DNA of 64,000 nucleotides from a virus. This document shows positions 34,291 through 44,737 of this stretch, piece by piece. The stretch lies in IMG/VR virus record IMGVR_UViG_3300020573_000227, positions 37,684 to 101,683 of that record, one strand, 5' to 3'. The position numbers were made by a program, and so were the translations under genes. The notes under the pieces are model-generated. The model was not told the origin of the DNA, ran no database searches, and worked only from the letters and a program-made list of their open reading frames with translations. How positions within the stretch are numbered: position 1 is the stretch's first letter; every line of letters begins with the position of its first letter.

Positions 34291-36017
34291 AAAGTTTCAA
34301 TTAATTTCCAATTTTTTTCACCATACCAATCATATGTATGTAAAATTTCAATTTTTTCTATTTTTTCAAAATGTATTTCATTTGATTTTTCACTATTGAA
34401 GTGGTAAATGTTTCCGTTTATTTTAAACTCATGATCTAAAAATTCAACACTATTGTTTTCATTCCATTTAAAGGTCAGTACCATTAGATTTTCTGATATG
34501 TAAAATATTGAGTACGATAAATCCACAATTTTATCCTTAAATGGTATGTTCACTTTTTTAGAACTTATTAAAGTTCCATCCCCAAATTTTACCGTTTTTC
34601 TATCAGGATAATTTTTAACATAATTACCTATATGGTAACCGTAAAAATTATATTTTAAATCCCTACCAAATATATTGGCCACGGTTTCATCATTCACTGT
34701 CATCTCACTTTTTGATAATGCCAACCCAACAATATTACCTTCCCCAAGTCCTATTTTTTTTGACCCGTTAATAATTTCAAATTCATCTAATTTACTTGCC
34801 AAGTATTTCCATGTTTCTAAAAAAACATTCTCTTTTCCCGACTCTTTACATAAAATTAAAATACCTTCTTGGTAATGAAATGAATTGCTTAAATTAATAT
34901 TTAATTCGTTTGACAATTTAAGTGCTAATTCTCCGTAACCTGAAGCTCTACTCTTTATATCTGTACTTGTAAAAAAACCACTTTCTTCTCTTGTTAAACA
35001 TCCCCAATTCCACGACTTATGAAAACCAGGAGTAATAATTCTTAAAAAATTAGTGTAACAGTTTTTATAATTTTTATAGAAAACTCTACTATCTGAATCA
35101 ATATACACAACAGCGTCCTCCAATTTAAACCCCTCCTCAAAACACAGGTACTTATCGTTATATGAAAATGGTTTGTTTGGGTACTCAACTACGATAACAT
35201 TCTCAACATCTTCGAACAATTCTTTATTATTTGTAACAATTAATAATTTTTGTTTAAAATAATTTAAATCGTAGGCCAATTTTAACGCATTTTTATTAGA
35301 ATTTTCACCGTAAGCAATTGTTGTTATAATATAATTTTGTTTTCTATAATCTTTTTTACAACTAAAATTACCTTGTATGTCCGTAACAAAATTATTTTTT
35401 ATTTCCACAATTTTATTTTTAACTGCGTAGGACCTCAAATTTTTTAATTTAAAATATATCGAAGTGTCAATTTGATTGTCAATTTCTTTTAGTAGAGATA
35501 AAAGTTTTTTTGCACCTTTTGGTGATATAATTAAGGACGGCAGACATGTAATCATACCTATCGGTATAACTAAGTTTTCAGAAAATTCTTTAGAGTCTAT
35601 TTTTTTATCACCATAACCTAAATAACACATGTCGAAATCTGTTGGTAATTCTCTTAATATTTTTTCTAATTCCTCGTCAAAATTGTCTTTAATTGTTATA
35701 TCATCTTCAAAAGTTATAACGGGACTATCTAACTCACTGATTTTTTCAAATAGTTTTAAATAAGATAACAAAACACCTAAACCACCTTGTGTTAAAGACA
35801 ACCCCCAAGCTGTCACAGTGTCCATTAGAACGTCTTCAATAGCATTTTCCGTTAATAGTCCATCAGGTAAAAATCTTGGATTTTCCTTATACCCATCGAC
35901 CGCGGGAAATCGTTCAAAAATATTTTTTAATATATAACTTTTATTTAGTTCGGATTCGATAAATTTTCTTCTATCTTCCTTTCTATCTAAATTAATATAA
36001 AAACAATGTTTAATCAT
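34287..36017 (-). CDS. Multidomain glycosyltransferase (GT25 + second GT-A + C-terminal domain)
   Basis: YINLDRKEDRR, RFPAVDG, FEDD, YLG (GT25); FSYNDK, YIDSD. Confidence 0.8.
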   Translation of the reverse strand: MIKHCFYINLDRKEDRRKFIESELNKSYILKNIFERFPAVDGYKENPRFLPDGLLTENAIEDVLMDTVTAWGLSLTQGGLGVLLSYLKLFEKISELDSPVITFEDDITIKDNFDEELEKILRELPTDFDMCYLGYGDKKIDSKEFSENLVIPIGMITCLPSLIISPKGAKKLLSLLKEIDNQIDTSIYFKLKNLRSYAVKNKIVEIKNNFVTDIQGNFSCKKDYRKQNYIITTIAYGENSNKNALKLAYDLNYFKQKLLIVTNNKELFEDVENVIVVEYPNKPFSYNDKYLCFEEGFKLEDAVVYIDSDSRVFYKNYKNCYTNFLRIITPGFHKSWNWGCLTREESGFFTSTDIKSRASGYGELALKLSNELNINLSNSFHYQEGILILCKESGKENVFLETWKYLASKLDEFEIINGSKKIGLGEGNIVGLALSKSEMTVNDETVANIFGRDLKYNFYGYHIGNYVKNYPDRKTVKFGDGTLISSKKVNIPFKDKIVDLSYSIFYISENLMVLTFKWNENNSVEFLDHEFKINGNIYHFNSEKSNEIHFEKIEKIEILHTYDWYGEKNWKLIETL

Positions 36018-36018
36018 A

Positions 36019-37269
36019 TTATAAATTTCCCGTTATTCTTTCCATCCAACCCTTAGAAACCGTGTACGGCCAAACAATCCACGTCTTGGGTTTTTTTTCA
36101 ACCTCAAACGTTCTCCAAATTTTTATGAAATCATCTGGTGTTGATATCAATGGATTAAATTCATTAGGTAAGAAGTCTTTTCTATTAACCAATTGTCCGT
36201 CCTCATCTTCAAATATTACCGCAATAAATTGATAATCCGGTTCAGAAAGTTGTGTTTTATGTATGTCAATACAATGTTTAAATACCTTTAAAAACGAGTT
36301 ATCGAAATCTTTATCATATAATGGTGGGTTGGGTGCTAAATTATTATCTAAAGTAAATTTTTGAACTGCTCTTCTTTTAAAGGAAATACCGGCATATCTT
36401 TCATAATCCCCTAATGTTCTAACTTTACCAAAATCATAAATTCCAAAGTCAATATCTTTCACCTCACCGTCCATCTCAAATAACTTTCTATTACGTTTGT
36501 GTGAGTTTGCGTTTTTACCTCCCCACGACTTATCGTCGTCCCATTGTTTAGTTCTACCCTTTCTTGTGTACTCGTGCCAAATAACAGTTTTATGTGGGTG
36601 AAATAAATCATAACCCCAAGTATATGCTCTTACACCAATTGAGATTTCTTCTCCATGAAAATAATATTCGGGGTCGTGAGGAACTTCTTTAACGAAATCA
36701 CCGGTTGTAAACGCGAAATGTGCGGAATAGAATCTTGCCGGTATCGGTTCTGTTAATTGTTTATAATTATCGATGCTTGCTGGTAAAAAGAAAACCGCAC
36801 CCTCGGGTATAAACCTATCAAAATTCATTTTCCAAGGTGTTTGTATTCTTCCTGCGGGATCATTTTCAGGATCAAAAGAAGAAACATAACCAGTAAGTAA
36901 TGGTTTTTCATGACCTTTCTCTTTTAACTGATTGTACATCCCAATTAACTCCAAATCCCAATCTTGAACAAATCTATGATGTGAATCTATTTGTAATGTA
37001 TATTGTTCCCCGTCATAGTTTTGTTGTAACTGATTTCTAGCCCAACAAGCACCTTTAGAATCTTTATAATTGATATCAACAACTTTAAATCTTGGGTCGT
37101 CTTTAAATTCGTGTAATTGGTCCCACTCATCGTCTTTTGAATGTTGCCAAGCAATCGAATAAACAAGTTTAGAAGGGTCACTTGCCTTCATATCACAATC
37201 TCTAATTGTGTGAATTAATTGAGGGTCTCTATAAGAGGCGATTTGAATAAAAATTTTTCTATTTTCCAT
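36019..37269 (-). CDS. GT60-like GlcNAc transferase
   Basis: IFIQIASYRDP, SKGACWAR, LQIDSHHRF..DWD, FHGEE...R.YTWGYD. Confidence 0.8.
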   Translation of the reverse strand: MENRKIFIQIASYRDPQLIHTIRDCDMKASDPSKLVYSIAWQHSKDDEWDQLHEFKDDPRFKVVDINYKDSKGACWARNQLQQNYDGEQYTLQIDSHHRFVQDWDLELIGMYNQLKEKGHEKPLLTGYVSSFDPENDPAGRIQTPWKMNFDRFIPEGAVFFLPASIDNYKQLTEPIPARFYSAHFAFTTGDFVKEVPHDPEYYFHGEEISIGVRAYTWGYDLFHPHKTVIWHEYTRKGRTKQWDDDKSWGGKNANSHKRNRKLFEMDGEVKDIDFGIYDFGKVRTLGDYERYAGISFKRRAVQKFTLDNNLAPNPPLYDKDFDNSFLKVFKHCIDIHKTQLSEPDYQFIAVIFEDEDGQLVNRKDFLPNEFNPLISTPDDFIKIWRTFEVEKKPKTWIVWPYTVSKGWMERITGNL

Positions 37270-37376
37270 TATTATATTTTATATGGTAATATAAACAAAA
37301 AAACTATGTTTTAAAACCCTAAAGATTTTTTTTTAACACATTTTTATTGTATATTTTATTATAAATAACTAAAATA

Positions 37377-37724
37377 ATGTCTAAAATATACCAACCAATT
37401 ATAATTGAAAGAGTAGATGAAATGATTGAGATTTTGACTGAAACAAATTTCTTCTCAGACTATGATTTAGAGAGTACCGATTTTGCTAAAACTTATTTAT
37501 TGGATAAATTAACCGAAAAATTCATATCGGGTGAATATGACATGGAAGAAGATGAATTTTTTGATGAGGAAGAGTTTGAAACGGTTCTTAGAGAAATTGT
37601 TGCCGGTTCTATTCTTTATGACTTAAAGAAAAAGGGATTTGTTGAGTCGTATGATGATGAAATTACTGAAGAATTGTTTTTTTTAACTGAAAAGGGAAAA
37701 AAGTTATTAAAAAAGGATAAATAA
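37377..37724 (+). CDS. Acidic hypothetical protein (possible winged-helix tail)
   Basis: LYDLKKKGFVE...FFLTEKGK. Confidence 0.65.
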   Translation: MSKIYQPIIIERVDEMIEILTETNFFSDYDLESTDFAKTYLLDKLTEKFISGEYDMEEDEFFDEEEFETVLREIVAGSILYDLKKKGFVESYDDEITEELFFLTEKGKKLLKKDK

Positions 37725-38141
37725 TTACTTATTTTTAATAATTAATTCACCTAAAACTTCTAAACGACCAACCTCTCTTTGAAAATCATTTTGTTTCATA
37801 TTAAATGAAATACTTTTTAATGTTTTTGTAAATTCCTTCTTTGCTTCATTCATATCAAACTTACCTTCAGACACTTCTTTGTAATATGGTAATTTAACCG
37901 CAAAGTGATGGTAAGTTAACATCGATGGACCACCCTTTTTCTTCGCATCATCGGAAATTTTGGTGGCACCCTTTAAACGAGTTTGAGCAAAGGTGTCCAA
38001 TGAGTTAGGACTTGAGTCGTGACCACATTTATTACAAACATTTGGGGTTTTACCACCTTCAGATTTCTTCCAACTCCACCCACAATGATTACATTTGATT
38101 TTTTCGGGAGATTCTAATAATATGTCACTAAATTTTATCAT
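37725..38141 (-). CDS. Hypothetical protein with LLE leader and CxxC zinc finger
   Basis: MIKFSDILLES; CNHC...CNKC. Confidence 0.7.
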   Translation of the reverse strand: MIKFSDILLESPEKIKCNHCGWSWKKSEGGKTPNVCNKCGHDSSPNSLDTFAQTRLKGATKISDDAKKKGGPSMLTYHHFAVKLPYYKEVSEGKFDMNEAKKEFTKTLKSISFNMKQNDFQREVGRLEVLGELIIKNK

Positions 38142-38467
38142 TTTTTCTTCTCCTCTAACGGTTGGGAATAGTTTTGTTTCTTTATTTGGTAAATTTTAGA
38201 TTTTAATGAAGTAATTAAAGTTTTAACGTTTGATAAGTTTGAGGTTATCTCATCAATTTTCTTATTTGTGATGTTTTTTAACCCATTTGGGACCGAATCC
38301 TCTAATTTCCTCAATTCCTTTTGAGCATCTTGTATCGATCCGTTTAAATCATCCAATTTAAACTGCACTTTTGAAAAATCATGTCTCGAAACCTTATTAT
38401 TAGCCTCATTTAAGACATTACTAACAACTTTCTTTATTTGACTTTCTGTTAAAATTACGTTTCTCAT
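38138..38467 (-). CDS. Coiled-coil protein with ILTESQ leader
   Basis: MRNVILTESQIKKVVSNVLNEA; start moved to 38467. Confidence 0.7.
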   Translation of the reverse strand: MRNVILTESQIKKVVSNVLNEANNKVSRHDFSKVQFKLDDLNGSIQDAQKELRKLEDSVPNGLKNITNKKIDEITSNLSNVKTLITSLKSKIYQIKKQNYSQPLEEKKK

Positions 38468-38471
38468 GTGT

Positions 38472-38720
38472 TTAATCAACTCTGAAGTCTTTATCTTCTT
38501 GATTTGTAAGTTCATTATCTCTTTTCATACCCTCTTTAATATAACTTCTAATTAATTTGGATACTGTTACTTTTTTATGGTTGGCAACCTTTTCAATTTC
38601 CTTGTAATATGCTGGAACCACTCTAAATGATAACATTTGAGCCAATTGTTTATGTTTTGGCATGTCAGATTTAGGTTTATCACCCGAATCTTTCATTTCT
38701 TTATATGCGTCTGAAGCCAT
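38472..38720 (-). CDS. Ribbon-helix-helix DNA-binding protein
   Basis: LSFRV.....KEIEKVA....VTVSKLIRSYI. Confidence 0.65.
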   Translation of the reverse strand: MASDAYKEMKDSGDKPKSDMPKHKQLAQMLSFRVVPAYYKEIEKVANHKKVTVSKLIRSYIKEGMKRDNELTNQEDKDFRVD

Positions 38721-38793
38721 GTCTTGATATATTTTTATATAAATATTTGGAATTAGTGTTTATTTTGGTTATATTATTAAAAATAGATAAATT

Positions 38794-39153
38794 ATGTCAG
38801 AAGATAAAGAACTACCAATCGACCCAATTAAATTTTGTGAGGAAAAGTACCCTGAAACCACAAGAGAATTTAAAAAAATCCTAAAAGAACAATATGAGGT
38901 GTTCTGTAGAAAACAAATGAATTACGGACCAGATAATATATCCGTAGGTACTCGTTTAGAGACCCCTGAAGAGGTTAAATTATCACAAACAGGACTTTGG
39001 TTCAGAATGAACGATAAGATTCAGAGATTGAAGCAATTAGTCTTATTAGGTAAACCCGATACGGTTGGTGAAGCAGTAGAAGATACATATCAAGATTTAT
39101 CTGTATATAACATTATTGCTCAAATCGTTATTAGAGGTAAGTGGGCAAAATAA
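38794..39153 (+). CDS. DUF1599/nucleotide-modification-associated domain protein
   Basis: KQMNYG..NI, R.NDKIQRL, EAVEDT..DL..Y. Confidence 0.8.
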   Translation: MSEDKELPIDPIKFCEEKYPETTREFKKILKEQYEVFCRKQMNYGPDNISVGTRLETPEEVKLSQTGLWFRMNDKIQRLKQLVLLGKPDTVGEAVEDTYQDLSVYNIIAQIVIRGKWAK

Positions 39154-39246
39154 ACAGCCATATTTTTTAGAATAAGGGGGATTTTATTATCCCCTTTTCC
39201 ATTTTAGAATGGATTAGGAAGTATTTATTTTAAACGAAAAGAGACA

Positions 39247-39606
39247 ATGAACGTAAATGTAAACCATCCATCATTTATCCAATTTTTGGATAATGTAACC
39301 GCAAATATTTTATCAAATATTACGGTTGACAATTATTTTTCTTTATCCCAAGATAAGAAATTAGGGGCTCAATACATGGTTTTAAAGTTAATGAAAAATT
39401 CCGTTAAAGTTAGAGCCAAATTAACCGATAATGAACTAAGAAGTTTTGTCTCTGTTTTATGGAAGAAAAATGAGGAGGCTGAGAATTATGAATTTGCGGC
39501 AATTTTAAACGATATTGCTCAAAACTTCGACGCCATTAACGAGGTGGCAAAACCAACTAAAAGGGTTGCTAGAACAATCAAAACAGATAAAACAACGAAT
39601 GGCTAG
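39247..39606 (+). CDS. Hypothetical protein with UVR-like motif
   Basis: NEEAENYEFAAILND. Confidence 0.65.
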   Translation: MNVNVNHPSFIQFLDNVTANILSNITVDNYFSLSQDKKLGAQYMVLKLMKNSVKVRAKLTDNELRSFVSVLWKKNEEAENYEFAAILNDIAQNFDAINEVAKPTKRVARTIKTDKTTNG

Positions 39607-39991
39607 AACTATCAATATCGAATCAAAAAAACGTTATGCCACATTAGCAATAAGGTGGTGTGAGAGTTATTTTGGTCTATGTGATAGGAAAAAACGCAGG
39701 TTGATTTTTAGATTCAGTGAAAGGAAACGCAAAATGGATAATTTTGAAATTTTCGGTAACTACTGTTTTTATAGAAATGAAATAATCATTTATTTACCTA
39801 ATAACAATACAATTTATGATATTGTTGCAACTGTAATTCACGAATATACCCATTATTTACAAGTTCGTAGAAAATATAGGGAATATGAACTATCAAGATA
39901 TTATTCTCAAAACCCAATGGAGAGACAAGCAAAAAGAAATGAAGACAAGTATACTAAAATATGTTTAAAAGAAATTAGGAAACAATTTTAG
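39599..39991 (+). CDS. HExxH zincin-like protein
   Basis: TVIHEYTHYLQ...NPMERQA; start moved to 39599. Confidence 0.7.
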   Translation: MARTINIESKKRYATLAIRWCESYFGLCDRKKRRLIFRFSERKRKMDNFEIFGNYCFYRNEIIIYLPNNNTIYDIVATVIHEYTHYLQVRRKYREYELSRYYSQNPMERQAKRNEDKYTKICLKEIRKQF

Positions 39992-40175
39992 CCTCTTCAA
40001 TTTCTCTCAAAAATAACATCAAATCGTCATTCTGATTTTTGTTTCTAACTGCCACATCACACCTCCAAAATTCTTTTAAATCGGTAACACTCCCCTCTTT
40101 AACTTGGGAACTTTTTACTTTTCGATAAACCCAATAAAGTTTATTTTGGTAATTTACTAATTCTTTATTTAACAT
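39975..40175 (-). CDS. Small hypothetical protein
   Basis: ORF in minus-strand operon. Confidence 0.6.
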   Translation of the reverse strand: MLNKELVNYQNKLYWVYRKVKSSQVKEGSVTDLKEFWRCDVAVRNKNQNDDLMLFLREIEEAKIVS

Positions 40176-40178
40176 AAT

Positions 40179-40781
40179 TTACTTGTGGTCACTTGATGGA
40201 CAAATCATTTCCAACTCACTCCATTTAAATTTCGGTTTTTCATTTAGTAACACAAAACATTTCCACTTTTTTGATTTTTCAAAATAAATGTGTTTTTGCA
40301 TATATGAAGGGATTGCAGCATTGGTCGGAACTCTTTTAGGTACCTTATCGAAAAATACCTTAATGATAACTGTTAACGGTTCTAAATCGTCCCATTTTCT
40401 CTCCTGCTCCTCCAACAATCTCCATTCTCCCCTATTTTGATATTGGTCCTGCATCATACAATTCAAATATGAAAATGTTTGCTTTAGATTTTCCATATTA
40501 TCGGAAAAAGAGGCGGCAGGTGCTAAATGTCCTTTATCATATATGTTTGCTTTATAATCTTCACCATCAGAAGTTTTAATGTTCTTTTCAGTGTAGAAAT
40601 CCATAGTACCCCTATTAACGTTTGTTGGTCTATTAGTTGATCTATATTTCAACCAAAGGGGTTGCTCTAATTTTTGTGAATATAGAACTTCAAATACCTG
40701 ATTTTTAACTCTAATAGTATCTTGTGAAAATGAGGTAAAACTTACTAGGAATATACCAACGAATAATAGAACTTTTTTCAT
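40179..40781 (-). CDS. Exported DNA/RNA non-specific endonuclease
   Basis: Signal peptide; YDKGHLAPAA, TFSYLN, NRGEW..LE. Confidence 0.88.
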   Translation of the reverse strand: MKKVLLFVGIFLVSFTSFSQDTIRVKNQVFEVLYSQKLEQPLWLKYRSTNRPTNVNRGTMDFYTEKNIKTSDGEDYKANIYDKGHLAPAASFSDNMENLKQTFSYLNCMMQDQYQNRGEWRLLEEQERKWDDLEPLTVIIKVFFDKVPKRVPTNAAIPSYMQKHIYFEKSKKWKCFVLLNEKPKFKWSELEMICPSSDHK

Positions 40782-41335
40782 GTGTTATTTACTGTTATAT
40801 AGTTAAATATCTCCAAAGGAGTATTGTTATCAACAGAAAATTCAACAAAAGGTAAGTTATTAGATAATAATTTTTCTTTAATATCGTTATCAATGTCTTT
40901 AGACTCTTGTAAATTTTGAAATCTACCATTCTCATCGTATGTCTCATCGTTTCTGGTTAACAGTATGTTCAAACTGTTGTACTTTTTAAATAAATTTATA
41001 ACGAAATTATCAAACGATTCGTCATAGAACATTGCCGGATATTCAGGTTCCTTACTGTATCTGTCCTTATAAACCATCCCTAAAATGATTGGTGAGTCGA
41101 CAATGATGTACTTCACCTTACCATATAATCTACTAATATTTCTATGTTGGTTAGCGGTAATGTAAAACTGATCCTTTACTGCCGAATAGTTTTCTTCCCA
41201 CGCCACAATCTTAGGAAATTCGTAAGTTAATTCAACATCCATGTGATGTTTCTTCATTTCGGTAAATAAACCAGCCGATTGTGTGGACTTACCAATACCA
41301 GGGCCACCAAAGAAATTTATAATTAAACTATCCAT
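40778..41335 (-). CDS. P-loop NTPase (NadR/AAA_28-like nucleotide kinase)
   Basis: INFFGGPGIGKST, IVDSP, GRFQ. Confidence 0.8.
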   Translation of the reverse strand: MDSLIINFFGGPGIGKSTQSAGLFTEMKKHHMDVELTYEFPKIVAWEENYSAVKDQFYITANQHRNISRLYGKVKYIIVDSPIILGMVYKDRYSKEPEYPAMFYDESFDNFVINLFKKYNSLNILLTRNDETYDENGRFQNLQESKDIDNDIKEKLLSNNLPFVEFSVDNNTPLEIFNYITVNNT

Positions 41336-41396
41336 ATTAACTAATATACAAAAAAAATGGGAGCTTGTAAAATCTCCCGTATAATAGTTTTAAAAT

Positions 41397-41474
41397 TTAT
41401 TTTGTCCCCCGACAACAAAAATAAATAAAGTATAATATCAAAAAACACCATAAAATAGAATGACTATTTGTCAT
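41397..41474 (-). CDS. Possible 25-aa hydrophobic peptide
   Basis: MTNSHSILWCFLILYFIYFCCRGTK*; TATTTATT box upstream, terminator 41351-41378. Confidence 0.35.
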   Translation of the reverse strand: MTNSHSILWCFLILYFIYFCCRGTK

Positions 41475-41561
41475 TAAATAAATAATTTTGGATATTAAAC
41501 ACACAATCCTAATAAAATTCAATTTTTTATTTTGTATTACAATATTTATAGAATTATTACT

Positions 41562-42188
41562 ATGGAACAACACACAATAGAATTGATTGGTATGGTCTTA
41601 GTGGCCGTTATTACAGCATTAGTTGGTCCAGCGGGACTTGAATATGTAAAAGCTAAACTATCTAAACCAGTATCGAAAGACATCGTTAAAGATGACATTG
41701 AAAGAAATTTGGTTATTTTTGACGAAATATCTGAAATTAGAGATATGTTAGATGCGGATAGAATTTGGATAAGTCAATTTCACAATGGTGGTCATTTTCT
41801 TCACACTAACAAATCAATTCAAAAGTTTTCAATAACATATGAGGACGTTAAACCGGGAATTGGTAGTATTATTCATTTATTCACTGACATTCCACTATCT
41901 TTATATTCAAGATCAATGAATTACATTATGGAAAATAAACATTTGTGGATTTCCGATTTTAAAGATGAAACTATTGGAACTTATGGATTAAAGTCGGCAG
42001 CGGAAGCAACAGGGACCAATGCGTCATATGTAATAGGGTTGTTTGATATTGTTACAGATAAATGTATTGGAACTATGGGAGTTGATTATAGAGATAAAAA
42101 GAAATTAACACAAACACAAAAAGATTTTTTAATTGAGAGAGGTAGTCGTTTGGCTGGATATTTATCAATATACCTTAAATCAAAGTAA
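41562..42188 (+). CDS. N-terminal TM + GAF-like domain protein (possible T4 gpT-like holin)
   Basis: TM; ADRIWISQFHNGG..KFSITYE; IGTMGVDY. Confidence 0.55.
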   Translation: MEQHTIELIGMVLVAVITALVGPAGLEYVKAKLSKPVSKDIVKDDIERNLVIFDEISEIRDMLDADRIWISQFHNGGHFLHTNKSIQKFSITYEDVKPGIGSIIHLFTDIPLSLYSRSMNYIMENKHLWISDFKDETIGTYGLKSAAEATGTNASYVIGLFDIVTDKCIGTMGVDYRDKKKLTQTQKDFLIERGSRLAGYLSIYLKSK

Positions 42189-42194
42189 CACATT

Positions 42195-42641
42195 ATGAAA
42201 AAATATATATTCACAGAAAGTCAAATCAAGAAAATCATCGATAACCAACTTAATGAAGAAATGTCACCTTCTAAAGTTTCATCGGTATCGGGCACAATTA
42301 GAAAGGCATCATCAGTTCAAGATGACGTTGACACTATTATAAAATTAAGAAAACAAAAAGTAAAATTAGTTATTTTAGGATTTCGTTCGAGTGTAAGTAA
42401 TTCCGATCTTTATAATAAAAATTATAAGAGACCAACAACAGTCGGTTCAATTGCCGGTATCCCAATAGACAATAATTCAAAAGGTAAGTATTTTGATAAT
42501 GACACCCTAATTACATTAAATGCTGGAGGAACTTTAGTTTTTGGTATTGCGGGGGTGGAAAAAAGATATGCGGAAGCAAATGGTGGGTTAACTATAACAA
42601 ATGAAGGTGGTAAATTAAAATTAGATTTTGCTTGGAATTAA
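42195..42641 (+). CDS. Hypothetical protein with FTESQ leader
   Basis: MKKYIFTESQIKKIIDNQLNEE. Confidence 0.7.
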   Translation: MKKYIFTESQIKKIIDNQLNEEMSPSKVSSVSGTIRKASSVQDDVDTIIKLRKQKVKLVILGFRSSVSNSDLYNKNYKRPTTVGSIAGIPIDNNSKGKYFDNDTLITLNAGGTLVFGIAGVEKRYAEANGGLTITNEGGKLKLDFAWN

Positions 42642-42757
42642 GACCATAAAGTAATTAATATAATACAATTTTCATTATATAATTCCAAATATTTTTAATA
42701 ATATTTGGAATTTTCTTTTTATATACATACCTTTGTCCCATATCAAATAAAATAGTC

Positions 42758-43111
42758 ATGTCAAAAGAGAAAAATGAAAAGAAGTGTTCAGGGTGTAAAT
42801 CATCAAAATCACTTGACCAATTTTATAAAAATAGGTTGGTTTTGGACGGTCACAGTAATTACTGTATTGAATGTACGAGAGAAAACTCTAAAAAATATTT
42901 TCAAAGAAAGAAGGAAAGGGTTGCAAAATCTTTCGACGACAATTTAATGAGAAAGGTTCTTTTATCTAATTTCTCAAATGAGTTGGACAGTGGAAACGCA
43001 GATAATTTGATGAAAATCCTAATGATTGAGAAAATGGTTAAATCTACTTTGGACGAAATTGAAGGTCTCAAAAGAACTTATATAAAATCTGATAATTTGA
43101 TTCCCCAATAA
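42758..43111 (+). CDS. Zinc-finger protein (HNH-associated-type CxxC..CxxC, no nuclease domain)
   Basis: KKCSGCKSSKSLDQFYKN....G..NYCIEC. Confidence 0.7.
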   Translation: MSKEKNEKKCSGCKSSKSLDQFYKNRLVLDGHSNYCIECTRENSKKYFQRKKERVAKSFDDNLMRKVLLSNFSNELDSGNADNLMKILMIEKMVKSTLDEIEGLKRTYIKSDNLIPQ

Positions 43112-43162
43112 AATTGAGTTTTTAGAGGTTCAAAAAGGTATTTATTGTATATTTATTGTATT

Positions 43163-44737
43163 ATGAAAATACGTGATTTAGTATACGATTTGGTTATTGA
43201 AGCCGAAATGTCCCAAAAAAGAAGAGAGGCGATTCAAAAGGATTTGAACTTTTTAAGAGAAAAGTGGGGTGATAGATTTAGTCCTCAGGAAATTGAAAAA
43301 TATTACGAATGGTTTGAAAAAACCAAAAACAACTTCGATATAGAGTTACCACAATGGAGGTCCTTCCTTTATCGTTTTGATGGTGAACACGGTTATTCTA
43401 AATTTGATGTTGCCAATATAAAAGAAATTACAAGATACACCTCTCAACAGATTAAGAGTATATACGATGAATACAATCGATTGATTGATGGTGAAGAAAA
43501 TAATGTTGCGGTATTTTCATCAAAAGACAGAAAACCAACAACAGAAAAAATAGAGGCGTCGAAAGAATTATGGTATGGTAATAAATACCTAATCTATGAA
43601 AATGATGGATTTAGAGTTTATGATATTAGTAACCAACAAATATCAATTAATTTCGGATATTATTTAAAAACATTACACGAACCACCTTACAATTTTAGTG
43701 GAGGACCATGGTGTACAACTTGGTGGGATGATAATAACTATTACCCTTCAAAAAGACCAAATAGATCTTTTTATTTTGTAATTGACGAATCTAAACATCC
43801 TGATAATGTTAGTAATAAAGATGTGAGTAAATATTATTTAGGGGCACTACAAGCAATGAAAGGTGGTACTTTTGCATTAACCGACATTACAAATCCTGGT
43901 GAACCTTCTTTTACTGAGGAAAGATTATTACAAATCTACCCAAAATTGAGTGGAGTTTTGGACAAAATAGTTTTCCAACCATATGATGAGAACACAGAAC
44001 TAATTATTAAAAATACTATCAGTAGAATAAACGAAATTCCTGGAAATAGATACGAATATAGAAGACAAGAAGCAAGTGATAGATTACAATATATTGCTCA
44101 GAACGGTACACTTCAAACTGCGGAATCATGGAGGGCAAGTGACAAACAAATGAGGAATATGTATATAATGAGTAGTAATAGAAATAATATTTACGATAAA
44201 TTCAGTACATATGAATTATTTTTAGCATTGTCAGAATCTGATAAAAATACATTATCAAGAAGAATTAGTCAAGAATTACCCGGTCAATCGCTATCAAACG
44301 TTCTTCAAAATGCGATGAAAAATGAATTTGTAGTTGGTAATGTTAGTATAGACAATTCTGATATTTTATTGTACAAAAGTACAAAAACAAATAAATTTGG
44401 TTTGTTTCATTCAAAACATGTTGATTGGTTGACATTCAACGGTGTAAAATATGATGCTCTCTATAATAAAATAGATGAAACCGTTTATGTTGATGATGAG
44501 GGGAATATGTACGTTGTTGAAACATACTCGAAAAGTGGTCAACCTGATGAATCGTCATTTTATTGTGTACAACCATCGGATATGGAAAATGAAAATGTTC
44601 CGGCTCACTTTATAAGTCCAATAGCGTTTGAAAAATTAAAAGAAAAAATACATCTTAGTAGTGAAGATTTTTCACAAATAACTGACATTTCTCCTGAAGA
44701 TGATGTTGATATAAAAGAAATTAAAAAGGGACTATAA
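43163..44737 (+). CDS. Large hypothetical protein (WCT-motif family)
   Basis: IYENDGFRVY...PWCTTW....Y.....RSFYFVID; VIEA leader. Confidence 0.7.
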   Translation: MKIRDLVYDLVIEAEMSQKRREAIQKDLNFLREKWGDRFSPQEIEKYYEWFEKTKNNFDIELPQWRSFLYRFDGEHGYSKFDVANIKEITRYTSQQIKSIYDEYNRLIDGEENNVAVFSSKDRKPTTEKIEASKELWYGNKYLIYENDGFRVYDISNQQISINFGYYLKTLHEPPYNFSGGPWCTTWWDDNNYYPSKRPNRSFYFVIDESKHPDNVSNKDVSKYYLGALQAMKGGTFALTDITNPGEPSFTEERLLQIYPKLSGVLDKIVFQPYDENTELIIKNTISRINEIPGNRYEYRRQEASDRLQYIAQNGTLQTAESWRASDKQMRNMYIMSSNRNNIYDKFSTYELFLALSESDKNTLSRRISQELPGQSLSNVLQNAMKNEFVVGNVSIDNSDILLYKSTKTNKFGLFHSKHVDWLTFNGVKYDALYNKIDETVYVDDEGNMYVVETYSKSGQPDESSFYCVQPSDMENENVPAHFISPIAFEKLKEKIHLSSEDFSQITDISPEDDVDIKEIKKGL

